Assembly (NCBI RefSeq): GCF_964355755.1
Contig: NC_092673.1
Coordinates: forward strand, 15,038,948 to 15,102,947
From: Antedon mediterranea
Lineage: Eukaryota > Animalia > Echinodermata
Direction: 5' to 3'
DNA: 64,000 bases
Position 1 is the first letter of the stretch, and each line of letters begins with the position of its first letter. The translations under genes and the position numbers were made by a program. This document shows positions 53,901-64,000 of this stretch, piece by piece. Under the pieces are notes generated by a model, which saw only the letters and a program-made list of their open reading frames with translations, made no database searches and was not told the DNA's origin.

Positions 53901-56900
53901 AACACCAAACGTGCAATGGGCTTCTTCACCTATTTTTATCAGAAAAAAAGAAGGCTTTAAGATATATTGCCCCCCCCCCCCCCTGAAAAAATAATTTGTT
54001 TTAATGTTTTTGTTGAATATGCCATTTTAATGTCATATAATAGTTATTTACTTTGATAAAAAATTGGATGGGAAAAAAACGTTATTTACTCCTGAAAAAA
54101 TGTAATGAAAGGAAAAAAATATTCCAAATTGACTGGTTTTGGTTGAATTTAATCGTTTTGTCTTTATAAATGTTTTTTCTACAGAAGCGATTAACATTAT
54201 TAAAACTGTGATATGAATGGCCTATTCAAAGTCTTTTTTTATAAATCTTCATTTTTCATGTTTTTGTGGGGCAATACTGTACATCTTTGAATTAAAGCCT
54301 TTACTAAAATAGTAAAAAAGGAAATTGATAAAGCCATGTTATTAGGGAGGTTTCGCAACCTTACGAATACGATAACGAAAACGGATACGTCACACATTTG
54401 TGAAACTTTTGAGCTGATCCCCATTTCATATTCGTAAAGCGTATTCGTGTTGACGAATATCACCAGTCATATTCGTAACTACAAAACGAGCATAGTTTTT
54501 GATCTATTTTGCACATTTTGCATTTGAATCAGGAATGGTTCATGATTAAATATAATTATAGATTTATTAAAAGTAATTTACTAAAGTAATTTACTAAAAT
54601 GCCAGGTCAATTTTGATAAATAGCAGTTTTTAAAGTCCTCACTCGCTTTGATGTTACGCTAGGCCTAGGCAGCCAAGCACCAAGCAACACGTACCTGCGC
54701 TTCGCTCAAATTTACCGCAGTCATATTTTGGACGGCGCCCTCAATATTTCGTTGCCATGCGAAACAGATTTTTACTGGCTTACGAAAATGAATACGTGTG
54801 CGTGACGTATCCGTTTGCGTTATTATTGTATTCGTAAGATTGAGGAACCTCTCTATTGACTTAGGAATCATGTCAAAAATTACATTTCGTTCTGCAATAA
54901 AAATGTTTGTGTCAATGTAGAAGTTAAGTCAGTCATTGCAATAAACAGTGTGTTTAAAAAACATGAATAAGAATTATAAATCATTGCATTAACATAAAAA
55001 ATGTAGTAAATATAGTTACTGCAGTAACTGCAATATGAATCAATTTGACATGGTCCCTATAGTTGCTATAAAATAACTGAGAGTACTGGGATGTGTTTTT
55101 TTTTTCATATTTGTAGGTATTAGATGAGACGGACAAGTGGTCATCTCATATTGATGACTTTGGTGAGACGGCCCAAGACTATGATGTATATCGTGTATAT
55201 ATGATGGCTGGCATCTTTGGTCTCATTCTCTTAGTGCCTATTATTTGGTTACTTGGGTTGAGCTGTGGTTTGCTTGGAAGATCAAGCGATGCTTTACCTA
55301 CTGAACGAGGTTGTATCTCAAACTGTGGTGGATGCCTTCTAATACTGTAAGTTTAACAATGAGCACAATTCTGTTACATCTTAATACCCTTTTACAGACG
55401 GTACAATTAACAGTACAGTTTATTGACTATAGAGTATCACGGTGCTGACGTCACGACGGTAGGTGGCGCTGCGTGGTTGCTAGTGCAACCAAAAATGCGT
55501 TAAACCTGCCTGAGTGACTCCAAGGTCACCAATGGTTTGGAATAGGCTTATTGAAGTAGTCATTTTGAAACTTAATAATTTTCAATAAAGACAAACTAAA
55601 ATTTCAAAAGATCACTAAATATTTGTTTTTAATAATGTTTTTCTTCTTCAACTACAGTTTAAGTTAAAAAAAATCAAGCTAAGATACATAATTTTTATAG
55701 AAATACAGATCTTTACAGTTTATCAACATAGTAGCGTTGAACGCATTTTTTGGTTGGCTAGCAACCATGATGCGCCCTCTATCGTTGTGACGTCACACCG
55801 TGATACTCTATTATAAAGTAATTTAAAATTGTACACACCTATTCAAAATATGCCATTTTATTCCACTTTTAAACATAAAACACATGAATTTTTTAATATT
55901 GTGTTACTTTTTTAAAAGCTTATAAAAGTATAATTTATAGCTAAGCTAAGCATATTTCTACTCTTGTTTTATAGTGGTGCAGCTCTAGTGTTCATATTTG
56001 GCACATTTCTAATGATCTTAACCACCCTTCCGTTTATCATCGGTGGTCCGGTTGATCGACTTTTCTGTGATCCTTTCCAATCTGGTGAAGTATACAAAGA
56101 GGTAACTTTCTAATCTTTGTCGCTCATTAACATATTGTTGCTAAGCATTGACATTGTGACCTTTGACATTATATCCAATGTTTAACTTAGTATATGAAAT
56201 TTTACAATTATGTTGGTTTTTTTTTTGAATGAATAATAATATTTATTTCACTTTTTTCATTAAAGATTTTGTACATGAAATATATGATTTGAATAATTAT
56301 AAAATAAACTGAAAGTACAATTGATCGTTGTATTCAGTAGAAAAGGAACTCTGCGAATAAGCAAGCTTTTATAGTTGTAGAGTCTTGAAATATTTGTTTG
56401 GTATATAATTTATTTATTCTTTATTTATTCAATTTTCTGCCATATAAAATACAAAGAAGACAAAACAAATATAAAATGCAAGGCAACAGAGCAGAGAAAT
56501 AAATTTAAAAAAAAATAAATAAAGAAACAAGGAAAAAAAAAATAAGTTACGATAGTATGTCTAGACAATTATTTAACCATGTTTAACGTTGTCTCTTTCC
56601 AGACGGTAGATAAGAAGGGCGCAATACCAGGTGTTGATGGTTATTACTTGTCAGACCTCCTTCTTAATGACAGTTCTATACCGCTAAAAATTTCTGCGAT
56701 TCTTGAGTATGTATTTTTGTTTCACTTAATATTTGTTTTAAACATGTTTAATTATTATGCAGCTTTAGGAGATTTTATTTGACCTATCACTTCATGTTTA
56801 GATACCTCTCAGTTAAATTTAAAAATTAGTTGATAATCTCTGAAATTTTATTTTTTTTGTAACTATTTACAACAAAATTGAGGATGAGAATCTGAGAATT

Positions 56901-59900
56901 CTGGATGTTATTGTGCAAATAAGAAAATAATGTACTTGGCAAATGCTTAGTAAGAATGTTGTCATCTGTGTATTAGATATGTAACAATCTTTATGAATAT
57001 TATTTTACAGTGCTTGTGAAAACAATGAAGCTATTTACACTGCATCCAAATTGGAATATCTTGTTAACATTTCTGAGTACCTGAATTATAAAGAGGTATG
57101 TGTGTTGTGAATGATCTTTTATATTGTTGGTTTAAAAAGGACGTTCTGTCTACAAAAACTCAATCTAGAATATATTGATTTAATAATTTTATAATAGATT
57201 TAATTTAGTAAATCATATTTATTATTTTTAAAAGATTTTCATTGTCATGATTATCATTTTCATCATAGTTTAATCATTGTTATCTTGATAAACATCATCT
57301 TGGTGTAAAGCTCTGTCTACACTATCAAACTTTATTTTGACAAACAAATGTGATGTGCCCATATATGGACATGATGATGTCATATCACTACCATATTTGG
57401 GCACATCACACATTTTTTGTCAAACTAGCTTGATAGTGTAGATACCATCTTCAAAATTAGCACAAACATTATAAGATAAGATATTAAGATTTATAAATAG
57501 CACACATAGCCAAGCAAGGCGCTTAATTATTCTTATTAAATGAAAACAATTAAAATGTTGAATTCTTCTTTTCTCCAGTTTATGCCTGATATTGATAGTC
57601 AGTTTGAGAACATCACTGGTGACTTTAGTAATATTGATATTCTACCAGACAGTGGCAAACAAACACTTGAAGAATTTGGAAACTCAAGCGTCATCTCCAT
57701 CAACTTTACACTGTTCAATGAAGAAGTAAGTCAATATGGTAGTCTTATTCAAGTCTTGCATTTCAAAATATTGAATCAATAAAGTCCAAGACGGGCTAAG
57801 GATAATAAAGTGTAAATGTGTATTGTCTTGAGTCAAATCTCCCACTAATCACGATAGGTTCCCAATATTTCTGCTAAGGTGCATTTTCTCCCGATTTATT
57901 TTAATATTTAATCATAATTCAATTCAACATTTATTTCGACCAAATTCAAACATCAACATAGTATGTACACATAGACATCAAATAATTTTACATTATCAAT
58001 GGACACTATGGCACAAGCCCATGGCCACTGAACAACGTAACTTCAAATATAAATCTAATCATCCTTTTAATATTAATTGAATAAAATTAAATAAAATACT
58101 CAATGTGTAACACAATAACAATTATAAAATGAAAGTAGATATTTAATATATATATATATAGTTGTATAGTTTAAAAACATTATATGACGAGTTTATTATT
58201 ATTTCTTGTGTGTAGTTAGGAAAAGATATCACGATGGATAGTGATGATCCTAACGATCTTTCAGTGTCTGCTGCTGCCATTACAGACTATATTGATGATC
58301 ATGGATTTACTGGGGTAAGTAAGCTATTCTAGCTTGACAGATAATATTTTTAAGCAGGGCAGGGACACCTACAAATTTCTACCAAGGTTCGTTTATAGAA
58401 TATGTTTACTTAGATACTCAAAATACAGGAAATCCAGACATGCTACTGTGTCCTCTATTGAGTGTGATCTAATACAGGCCTAAAATTTTACAGCGGTCGG
58501 TGCCCTCTCAGTTGACATTTAATGCCTTTGAAAATACTGGCCGTAGTGCCCGAGAATTTTCACTGAACAATGAATTACAGGCATAATGTGCTGTTAACTA
58601 GCTAAACTTCTAATAAATATGGTAATAACTAGACTAGGCCTAGGCCTACGTTCGGTTGATTGTCTAAAGGATGCCAGTAAGCGAGCCTACCATCCAGTTT
58701 CTTATGTATTGTCTGTATTTTTCTTAATATAAATCTATGATAGCATACATTGTGTAATTCTTCTACCACAGAAAGGCAAAATTGTTTTTTTTTTAATTCA
58801 ATGATTTATGTTACAGAGCAATGAATCAGCATTGATCACAATGGCAGGTTATCTGACAGATTTACAATCAAACTTTATTGATCCAATGGTTGCAAAGAGG
58901 GTAAGACAACTATACAATATATTTGATAATCATAAAATGGAATATTGTTGAATGTGATCAACATTGATAAGAGCACTGATTATTTCTATGAGGCAAATCA
59001 TAGCTTTAGTATAGTACTCACTGTATGTTAATCACAAAGTCACATATTATTTAAAGTTTTTCATGGAGTATATACACAGGACAGTTTCCAAAAAGGAAGT
59101 AAAGTAAAGAGACTTTCTTTGATAACTGCCTCAAGTAATGTTGATGAATATAATGTGGGTACAATGTAACAATATTGGTCACTAGTCAAAACAATGATGT
59201 TTTTGTAGCTATATGTCAATGGCATCATTTTTTACCTTTTTATGTATTTTATATATTGGTGTTTGTCTTTTAATACTTTTAAGAGCCTGTATTAAAAGGC
59301 CATTGGCCTCAAGTTGAAACGTCTATATATTGGTTTGAATAAAAGTATATAATAATATTTTAATAACCTTACTTTACTAGCAAAGCTTTTTAATACAGTT
59401 ACATGTATTGCTATTAATGTTACACACTTCGCCAAACAGAATAAAATTATTCTACTGTTTTTTGCCATAAATTTGTTCACATTGATTATTTATATTTTTT
59501 ACAGGATGCACTGGTTACAGCATTGGATGAATTACAAGCTTCAACTACCCAAATTGAGGTAAAGTGCAGCCGCTATCTATAAAATACAGTGTATTTTCTT
59601 TAAGCACAGGAACTCTCTATAAATTCTATTTTTTTAAATATCTTAAAAAGGTAAAATGTAGGATTACAATTATTATTAATTACAATTTTATAAATCATTT
59701 TGTATATTTTTTTTAATAGATGAACGTTAATAGTACATTAACTGAAATTGAAGCAGCACAGACTTATATTGACTCAAATATTGATTCTTTGATTGATAGT
59801 GTAAGTAACAGTTACTTAGTTATACACCTTCACAATATGGCAGACCCCAAGGGGGAATGGGAGGGTGATTGTTATTTAGTTATACATCTACACAATGTGT

Positions 59901-62900
59901 CAGATCCAAAGGGGAATGGGAGGGTGATTGTTATTTAGTTTTACATCTACACAATGTGGCAGATCTGAAGGGGAATGGGAGGGGATTGTTATTTAGTTAT
60001 ACACCTACACAATGTGGCAGATCTGAAGGGGAATGGGAGGGGATTGTTATTTAGTTATACATCTACACAATGTGGCAGATCTGAAGGGGAATGGGAGGGG
60101 ATTGTTATTTAGTTATACATCTACACAATGTGTCAGATCCAAAGGGGAATGGGAGGGTGATTGTTATTTAGTTATACATCTACACAATGTGGCAGATCTG
60201 AAGGGGAATGGGAGGGGGATTGTTATTTAGTTATACATCTACACAATGTGGCAGATCCAAAGGGGAATGGGAGGGGGATTGTTATTTAGTTATACACCTA
60301 CACAATGTGGCAGATCTGAAGGGGAATGGGAGGGAGATTGTTATTTAGTTATACATCTACACAATGTGGCAGATCTAAAGGGGGAATGGGAGGGAGATTG
60401 TTATTTAGTTATACATCTACACAATGTGGCAGATGTGAAGGGGGAATGGGAGGGAGATTGTTATTTAGTTATACATCTACACAATGTGGCAGATCTAAAG
60501 GGGGAATGGGAGGGTGATTGTTATTTAGTTATACATCTACACAATGTGGCAGATCCAAAGGGGAATGGGAGGGGGATTGTTATTTAGTTATACACCTACA
60601 CAATGTGGCAGATCTGAAGGGGAATGGGAGGGAGATTGTTATTTAGTTATACATCTACACAATGTGGCAGATCTAAAGGGGGAATGGGAGGGAGATTGTT
60701 ATTTAGTTATACATCTACACAATGTGGCAGATGTGAAGGGGGAATGGGAGGGAGATTGTTATTTAGTTATACATCTACACAATGTGGCAGATCTAAAGGG
60801 GGAATGGGAGGGTGATTGTTATTTAGTTATACACCTACACAATGTGGCAGATCTAAAGGGGGAATGGGAGGGGAATTGTTATTTAGTTATACATCTACAC
60901 AATGTGGCAGATCCAAAGGGGAATGGGAGGGTGATTGTTATTTAGTTATACATCTACACAATGTGGCAGATCTAAAGGGGGAATGGGAGGGTGATTGTTA
61001 TTTAGTTATACACCTACACAATGTGGCAGATCTGAAGGAGGAATGGGAGGGAGATTGTTATTTAGTTATACATCTACACAATGTGGCAGATCCAAAGGGG
61101 AATGGGAGGGTGATTGTTATTTAGTTATACACCTACACAATGTGGCAGATCCAAAGGGGAATGGGAGGGTGATTGTTATTTAGTTATACATCTACACAAT
61201 GTGGCAGATCCAAAGGGAAATGGGAGGGTGATTGTTATTTAGTTATACATCTACACAATGTGGCAGATCTGAAGGGGAATGGGAGGGAGATTGTTATTTA
61301 GTTATACATCTACACAATGTGGCAGATCCAAAGGGGAATGGGAGGGTGATTGCTATTTAGTTATACATCTACACAATGTGGCAGATCTAAAGGGGGAATG
61401 GGAGGGTGATTGTTATTTAGTTATACACCTACACAATGTGGCAGATCTAAAGGGGGAATGGGAGGGAGATTGTTATTTAGTTATACATCTACACAATGTG
61501 GCAGATCCAAAGTGGGAATGGGAGGGAGATTGTTATTTAGTTATACATCTACACAATGTGGCAGATCTAAAGGGGGAATGGGAGGGTGATTGTTATTTAG
61601 TTATACATCTACACAATGTGGCAGATCCAAAGGGGAATGGGAGGGTGATTGTTATTTAGTTATACATCTACACAATGTGGCAGATCTAAAGGGGGAATGG
61701 GAGGGTGATTGTTATTTAGTTATACATCTACACAATGTGGCAGATCCAAAGTGGGAATGGGAGGGAGATTGTTATTTAGTTATACATCTACACAATGTGG
61801 CAGATCTAAAGGGGGAATGGGAGGGTGATTGTTATTTAGTTTACATCTACACAATGTGGCAGATCCAAAGGGGGAATGGGAGGGGATTGTTATTTAGTTA
61901 TACATCTACACAATGTGGCAGATCCAAAGGGGAATGGGAGGGGGATTGTTATTTAGTTATACACCTACACAATGTGGCAGATCCAAAGGGGAATGGGAGG
62001 GGGATTGTTATTTAGTTATACATCTACACAATGTGGCAGATCCAAAGGGGAATGGGAGGGGGATTGTTATTTAGTTATACATCTACACAATGTGGCAGAT
62101 CCAAAGGGGAATGGGAGGGTGATTGTTATTTAGTTATACACCTACACAATGTGGCAGATCTAAAGGGGAATGGGAGGGTGATTGTTATTTAGTTATACAT
62201 CTACACAATGTGGCAGATGTGAAGGGGGAATGGGAGGGAGATTGTTATTTAGTTATACATCTACACAATGTGGCAGATCCAAAGGGGGAATGAGAGGGTG
62301 ATTGTTATTTAGTTATACACCTACACAATGTGGCAGATGTGAAGGGGGAATGGGAGGGGGATTGTTATTTAGTTATACATCTACACAATGTGGCAGATCC
62401 AAAGGGGGAATGGGAGGGGGATTGTTATTTAGTTATACACCTTCACAATGTGGCAGATCCAAAGGGGGAATGGAAGGGTGATTGTTATTTAGTTATACAT
62501 CTACACAATGTGGCAGATGTGAAGGGGGAATGGGAGGGTGATTGTTATTTAGTTATACATCTACACAATGTGGCAGATCCAAAGGGGAATGGGAGGGTGA
62601 TTGTTATTTAGTTATACATCTACACAATGTGGCAGATCTAAAGGGGGAATGGGAGGGTGATTTTTATTTAGTTATACACCTACACAATGTGGCAGATCTA
62701 AAGGGGAATGGGAGGGAGATTGTTATTTAGTTATACATCTACACAGTGTGGCAGATCCAAAGGGGAATGGGAGGGTGATTGTTATTTAGTTATACACCTA
62801 CACAATGTGGCAGATCTGAAGGGGGAATGGAAGGGTGATTGTTATTTAGTTATACATCTACACAATGTGGCAGATGTGAAGGGGGAATGGGAGGGTGATT

Positions 62901-63795
62901 GTTATTTAGTTATACATCTACACAATGTGGCAGATGTGAAGGGGGAATGGGAGGGTGATTGTTATTTAGTTATACATCTACACAATGTGGCAGATGTGAA
63001 GGGGGAATGGGAGGGTGATTGTTATTTAGTTATACACCTACACAATGTGGCAGATCTGAAGGGGGAATGGGAGGGTGATTGTTATTTAGTTATACATCTA
63101 CACAATGTGGCAGACCCGAAGGGGGAATGGGAGGGAGATTGTTATTTAGTATACATCTACACAATGTGGCAGATCCAAAGGGGGAATGGGAGGGGGATTG
63201 TTATTTAGTTATACATCTACACAATGTGGCAGACCCGAAGGGGGAATGGGAGGGTGATTGTTATTTAGTTATACATCTACACAATGTGGCAGATCCGAGG
63301 TCAGCTAGCCCAAGGTCAGCTAGCCCAAGCCCAGCTAGCCCAAGCCCAGCTAGCCCAAGCCCAGCCCAAAATTTTGAAATTTACAATGGATAATATCCAA
63401 CATTTTGTTTAGAACTTAAAAAAAACCCACATCCACTCCCTTTAAGCCAAAATTTAGGTTCAATACTTACCAAGGCTTAAATCACAAAAGATATACTATT
63501 TTTAGCATCAGTAACAATATATTCACTGAAAACTACAGATATCAACTGTAATCCTGATCAACTCTTAAGCTCTGTCCACAACATCAAATTTGATGTGACA
63601 AAAAATGTTATGTGCCCATATATAGACATGATGATGTCATATCACTACCATATTTATTTTGTCAAACTACAGTAGTTTTATAGCTTTAGTTTTAATACCT
63701 AATATTGTTTTCTTTTCTTCTTGCAGGAAGTGTCCTCATACAGTGATCGTGTCCTTGGTTATGCTGAACAGTATGTCAACTATGTTAATGATCAG
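23751..63795 (+). CDS. PROM1: Prominin-family pentaspan glycoprotein gene, 20 coding exons (765 codons), 3'-incomplete in window
   Basis: Signal peptide; TM1 + CFCCCRCCNKCGG; TM3 LLGLSCGLLG...PTERGCISNCGG; TM4 + GGPVDRLFCDP; CENNEAIY; continuous frame across GT-AG introns. The symbol denotes family likeness, not proven 1:1 orthology. Confidence 0.93.
24765..26215. mobile_element. pogo/Tc1-type MITE (CCGTA termini) interrupted by a LINE
   Basis: TIR ccgtagttccccggatataatccca / tgggattatacctgaggaactacgg; TA TSD. Confidence 0.8.
25050..25717 (+). mobile_element. 5'-truncated LINE (Rex1/Babar-like, C-terminal part of RT ORF)
   Basis: ERVTQYKYLGTIIDNKLKW...KKASQRLYFLRKLK...DPTHPLH (ORF 25121..25540); (TCTTGAA)n tail; atctag direct repeat at 25044 and 25718. 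Confidence 0.85.
27326..27469. mobile_element. hAT-like MITE remnant (second copy ~30080..30223)
   Basis: ggcagattctagg ... cctggatccgccactg ends. Confidence 0.5.
27544..28456. mobile_element. Hairpin-headed element, Crypton-like; only in duplication copy A
   Basis: Empty site in copy B (ctatagTActgtat); TA duplicated; ~160-bp terminal palindrome centred on cgaggcaaagccgag; ttatataac inverted motifs. Confidence 0.75.
28784..29322 (+). mobile_element. Helentron-associated (HINE/DINE-1-like) element, family A
   Basis: Head cctccgccaaggagg, (GTTT)n, 3' end tttctagtt, T-rich target. The twin at 30623..38252 is split by the family B array. Confidence 0.75.
35222..36298. mobile_element. Harbinger-like MITE inside the Helitron
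   Basis: ~40-bp TIR aggccctgttcagacccatggcgttagac...ttttagcgtac; TA/TWA flanks. Confidence 0.85.
35641..35673. other. P-element-like excision footprint
   Basis: gtccagt-CAAAGATATATATTCTTTG-gtccagt: fused TIR tips of the 9226..10038 family between a 7-bp TSD. Confidence 0.75.
40345..40415 (+). CDS. PROM1: Prominin exon 2
   Basis: tag|(E)IISDAIGGEFVTTDYEPVDYYNE|gtagg; phase 1 to 0 as required. Confidence 0.82.
40537..42271. mobile_element. Harbinger-like composite non-autonomous element, full length
   Basis: TIR gggcctgttt(t)tgctgcata / tatgcagcagaaacagaccc; 3-bp TSD ata; internal MITE ~41080-41650. Confidence 0.85.
42779..43043. mobile_element. Decayed CCGTA-type MITE just upstream of prominin exon 3
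   Basis: Right end gggattatactcgaggatatacgg-ta; related to 24765..26215. Confidence 0.55.
43077..43276 (+). CDS. PROM1: Prominin exon 3 (TM1, Cys-rich IC1, TM2)
   Basis: FKDNILGFTVLFAIGIIFIVVFPIVALCFCCCRCCNKCGGTMEQKSSSTCMCCYLIIGLIVSCAFI. Confidence 0.95.
43266..43630 (+). repeat. ~160-bp degenerate tandem repeat starting at the exon 3 donor
   Basis: gctttcattttgtaagttaaaa at 43266 and 43425; third partial copy at 43592. Confidence 0.75.
43710..43830 (+). CDS. PROM1: Prominin exon 4
   Basis: GGVGTAYSLNNYTADSVETFADDVNSNIDNIVRFVENTND|gtaagt. Confidence 0.92.
44381..44533. mobile_element. ~140-bp MITE family, copy 1
   Basis: agctctgtctacactatcaaa ... gatagtgtagaca. Confidence 0.75.
44808..44874 (+). 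CDS. PROM1: Prominin exon 5
   Basis: ELSFLVGEQLNYALDQVKIDLN|gtgag. Confidence 0.9.
45612..46949. mobile_element. Second, right-truncated copy of the 40537..42271 element
   Basis: Collinear similarity from the left TIR to ggtaagtaggct. Confidence 0.85.
46158..46777. mobile_element. Mutator-like MITE with long TIRs
   Basis: gtcctataaacaccaaaacggaaacaaaa / ttttgtttccgtttggtgttttgtaggac; 9-bp TSD (a/g)cgctcgcg. Confidence 0.78.
47660..47732 (-). mobile_element. tRNA-derived SINE head
   Basis: Minus strand gtagcttggtggtt ... gggttgaagtcc (A/B-box-like), degenerate. Confidence 0.45.
48489..48578 (+). CDS. PROM1: Prominin exon 6
   Basis: (D)IGNLVGVPVRDELDNEVGPAITSVKDLAT|gtagg. Confidence 0.9.
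48968..49209 (+). mobile_element. tRNA-derived SINE (Meta-like core)
   Basis: A box tagccgagtgg, B box ggttcagttcc, gtccactcagc...ggccaccctacc body, (ACCTTT)n tail. Confidence 0.72.
51078..51145 (-). mobile_element. Degenerate tRNA-like SINE head
   Basis: Minus strand ctaatggttaggac ... gggttggaatc. Confidence 0.4.
51247..51461 (+). CDS. PROM1: Prominin exon 7
   Basis: (S)IDDTYDKLVVVNDTQNEL...GNDCSSCSCCSMSG...LGVDN|gtaagt. Confidence 0.9.
52033..52164. mobile_element. ~140-bp MITE family, copy 2
   Basis: gctctgtctacactatcaaac...gatagtgtag. Confidence 0.72.
52690..52776 (+). CDS. PROM1: Prominin exon 8
   Basis: GLFPQFAVDQSTNELQGLKDDDLASVAAE|gtatgt. Confidence 0.87.
52864..52970. mobile_element. 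Fragment of the 27544..28456 element end
   Basis: gtactattgcacgc...tgtgac...gtccaatcaaatgacag...gtgttata shared with 28352-28456. Confidence 0.65.
53007..53070 (+). CDS. PROM1: Prominin exon 9
   Basis: GEQTFIDIPETLTNSTQSDID|gtaagt (GxxxFxDIP motif). Confidence 0.9.
53546..53730. mobile_element. Short Harbinger-like MITE, decayed
   Basis: ggccaatttaca / tgtaaattggc; related end at ~48410-48440. Confidence 0.5.
53783..53859 (+). CDS. PROM1: Prominin exon 10
   Basis: (S)ISENIEGFQDDIQDAVDDLTSELDS|gtatgt. Confidence 0.88.
54344..54854. mobile_element. PIF/Harbinger-ISL2EU-like MITE
   Basis: ~55-bp imperfect TIR agggaggtttcgcaaccttacgaatac...ggatacgtcac; att direct repeat flanks. Confidence 0.78.
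55117..55346 (+). CDS. PROM1: Prominin exon 11 (TM3, IC2)
   Basis: ...YDVYRVYMMAGIFGLILLVPIIWLLGLSCGLLGRSSDALPTERGCISNCGGCLLI|gtaagt. Confidence 0.95.
55431..55809. mobile_element. ISL2EU-like MITE
   Basis: ~70-bp imperfect TIR agagtatcacggtg(c)tgacgtcac...; AT flanks. Confidence 0.8.
55975..56101 (+). CDS. PROM1: Prominin exon 12 (TM4)
   Basis: GAALVFIFGTFLMILTTLPFIIGGPVDRLFCDPFQSGEVYKE|gtaac. Confidence 0.94.
56603..56706 (+). CDS. PROM1: Prominin exon 13
   Basis: TVDKKGAIPGVDGYYLSDLLLNDSSIPLKISAIL|gtatgt. Confidence 0.9.
57011..57095 (+). CDS. PROM1: Prominin exon 14
   Basis: (D)ACENNEAIYTASKLEYLVNISEYLNYKE|gtatgt. Confidence 0.92.
57309..57444. mobile_element. ~140-bp MITE family, copy 3
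   Basis: agctctgtctacactatcaaac...ttgatagtgtaga. Confidence 0.75.
57579..57725 (+). CDS. PROM1: Prominin exon 15
   Basis: FMPDIDSQFENITGDFSNIDILPDSGKQTLEEFGNSSVISINFTLFNEE|gtaagt. Confidence 0.9.
58216..58314 (+). CDS. PROM1: Prominin exon 16
   Basis: LGKDITMDSDDPNDLSVSAAAITDYIDDHGFTG|gtaagt. Confidence 0.87.
58817..58900 (+). CDS. PROM1: Prominin exon 17
   Basis: SNESALITMAGYLTDLQSNFIDPMVAKR|gtaaga. Confidence 0.87.
59505..59558 (+). CDS. PROM1: Prominin exon 18
   Basis: DALVTALDELQASTTQIE|gtaaag. Confidence 0.86.
59720..59800 (+). CDS. PROM1: Prominin exon 19
   Basis: MNVNSTLTEIEAAQTYIDSNIDSLIDS|gtaagt. Confidence 0.88.
59812..63297 (+). repeat. 58-60-bp minisatellite, ~58 units, in prominin intron 19
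   Basis: Unit gttatttagttatacatctacacaatgtggcagatccaaagggggaatgggagggtgatt. Confidence 0.97.
63298..63368 (+). repeat. 15-bp tandem repeat (~4.5 units)
   Basis: cagctagcccaag(gt/cc) repeated. Confidence 0.85.
63568..63669. mobile_element. ~140-bp MITE family, copy 4 (truncated)
   Basis: agctctgtccacaacatcaaa...acatgatgatgtcatatcactaccata. Confidence 0.65.
63727..63795 (+). CDS. PROM1: Prominin exon 20
   Basis: cag|EVSSYSDRVLGYAEQYVNYVNDQ|gtctga; resembles the late-EC3 GYxxxY helix of prominins. Confidence 0.88.
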
Positions 63796-64000
63796 GTCTG
63801 ATATGATCACATTTTCATTTCCATGCCAAATATAATTTTTTTTTAAATTGACCCCTCAAACATATATATGTGCTATATAAATTGGTACGATATGTCTTAC
63901 TGCTGAGTGTACAGTTCAACAGTATCCAAGTGGGTCAAGAGGTATTAGGCATGTGACACAATAAGTATCCATGAAGTTTGATGATGAATGAGTATACTTG

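Noticed and set aside
59869-63393. Many ORFs with GEWEGDCYLVIHLHNVAD repeats
   Set aside because: Translation of the minisatellite; unit lengths of 58-60 nt keep shifting frame, and the region lies inside a prominin intron.
13-63795. Functional link between MSL3 and prominin
   Set aside because: Adjacency alone is not evidence; I know of no shared pathway and cannot test synteny here.

Overview
AT-rich eukaryotic DNA, probably from a marine invertebrate deuterostome (inferred from a Deu-domain SINE and the repeat landscape). Two spliced + strand genes were reconstructed by hand with consistent GT-AG phases. (1) A complete MSL3-like gene (chromo-barrel + MRG domain): 11 coding exons, 13..17724, 528 aa, with a 35-bp hairpin-forming tandem array starting at its stop codon. 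(2) A prominin-family gene: 20 coding exons, 23751..63795, 765 codons, running off the right edge before TM5. The introns hold many non-autonomous mobile elements: Tc1/pogo-, Harbinger-, Mutator-, P-, Kolobok- and Crypton-like MITEs, a Helitron, Helentron-type (HINE) elements, SINEs and LINE fragments. The most striking structures are a self-nested HINE array inside one copy of a tandem duplication (~26.7-38.3 kb), an apparent P-element excision footprint, a 3-level nest with a templated insertion (7.6-10.1 kb), and a 3.5-kb G-rich minisatellite that appears to derive from a transposon end. No rRNA, true tRNA, CRISPR or autonomous transposase was found, and no new protein-coding system is supported. 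TE superfamily labels rest on terminal motifs and TSD lengths read by eye, not on database searches.
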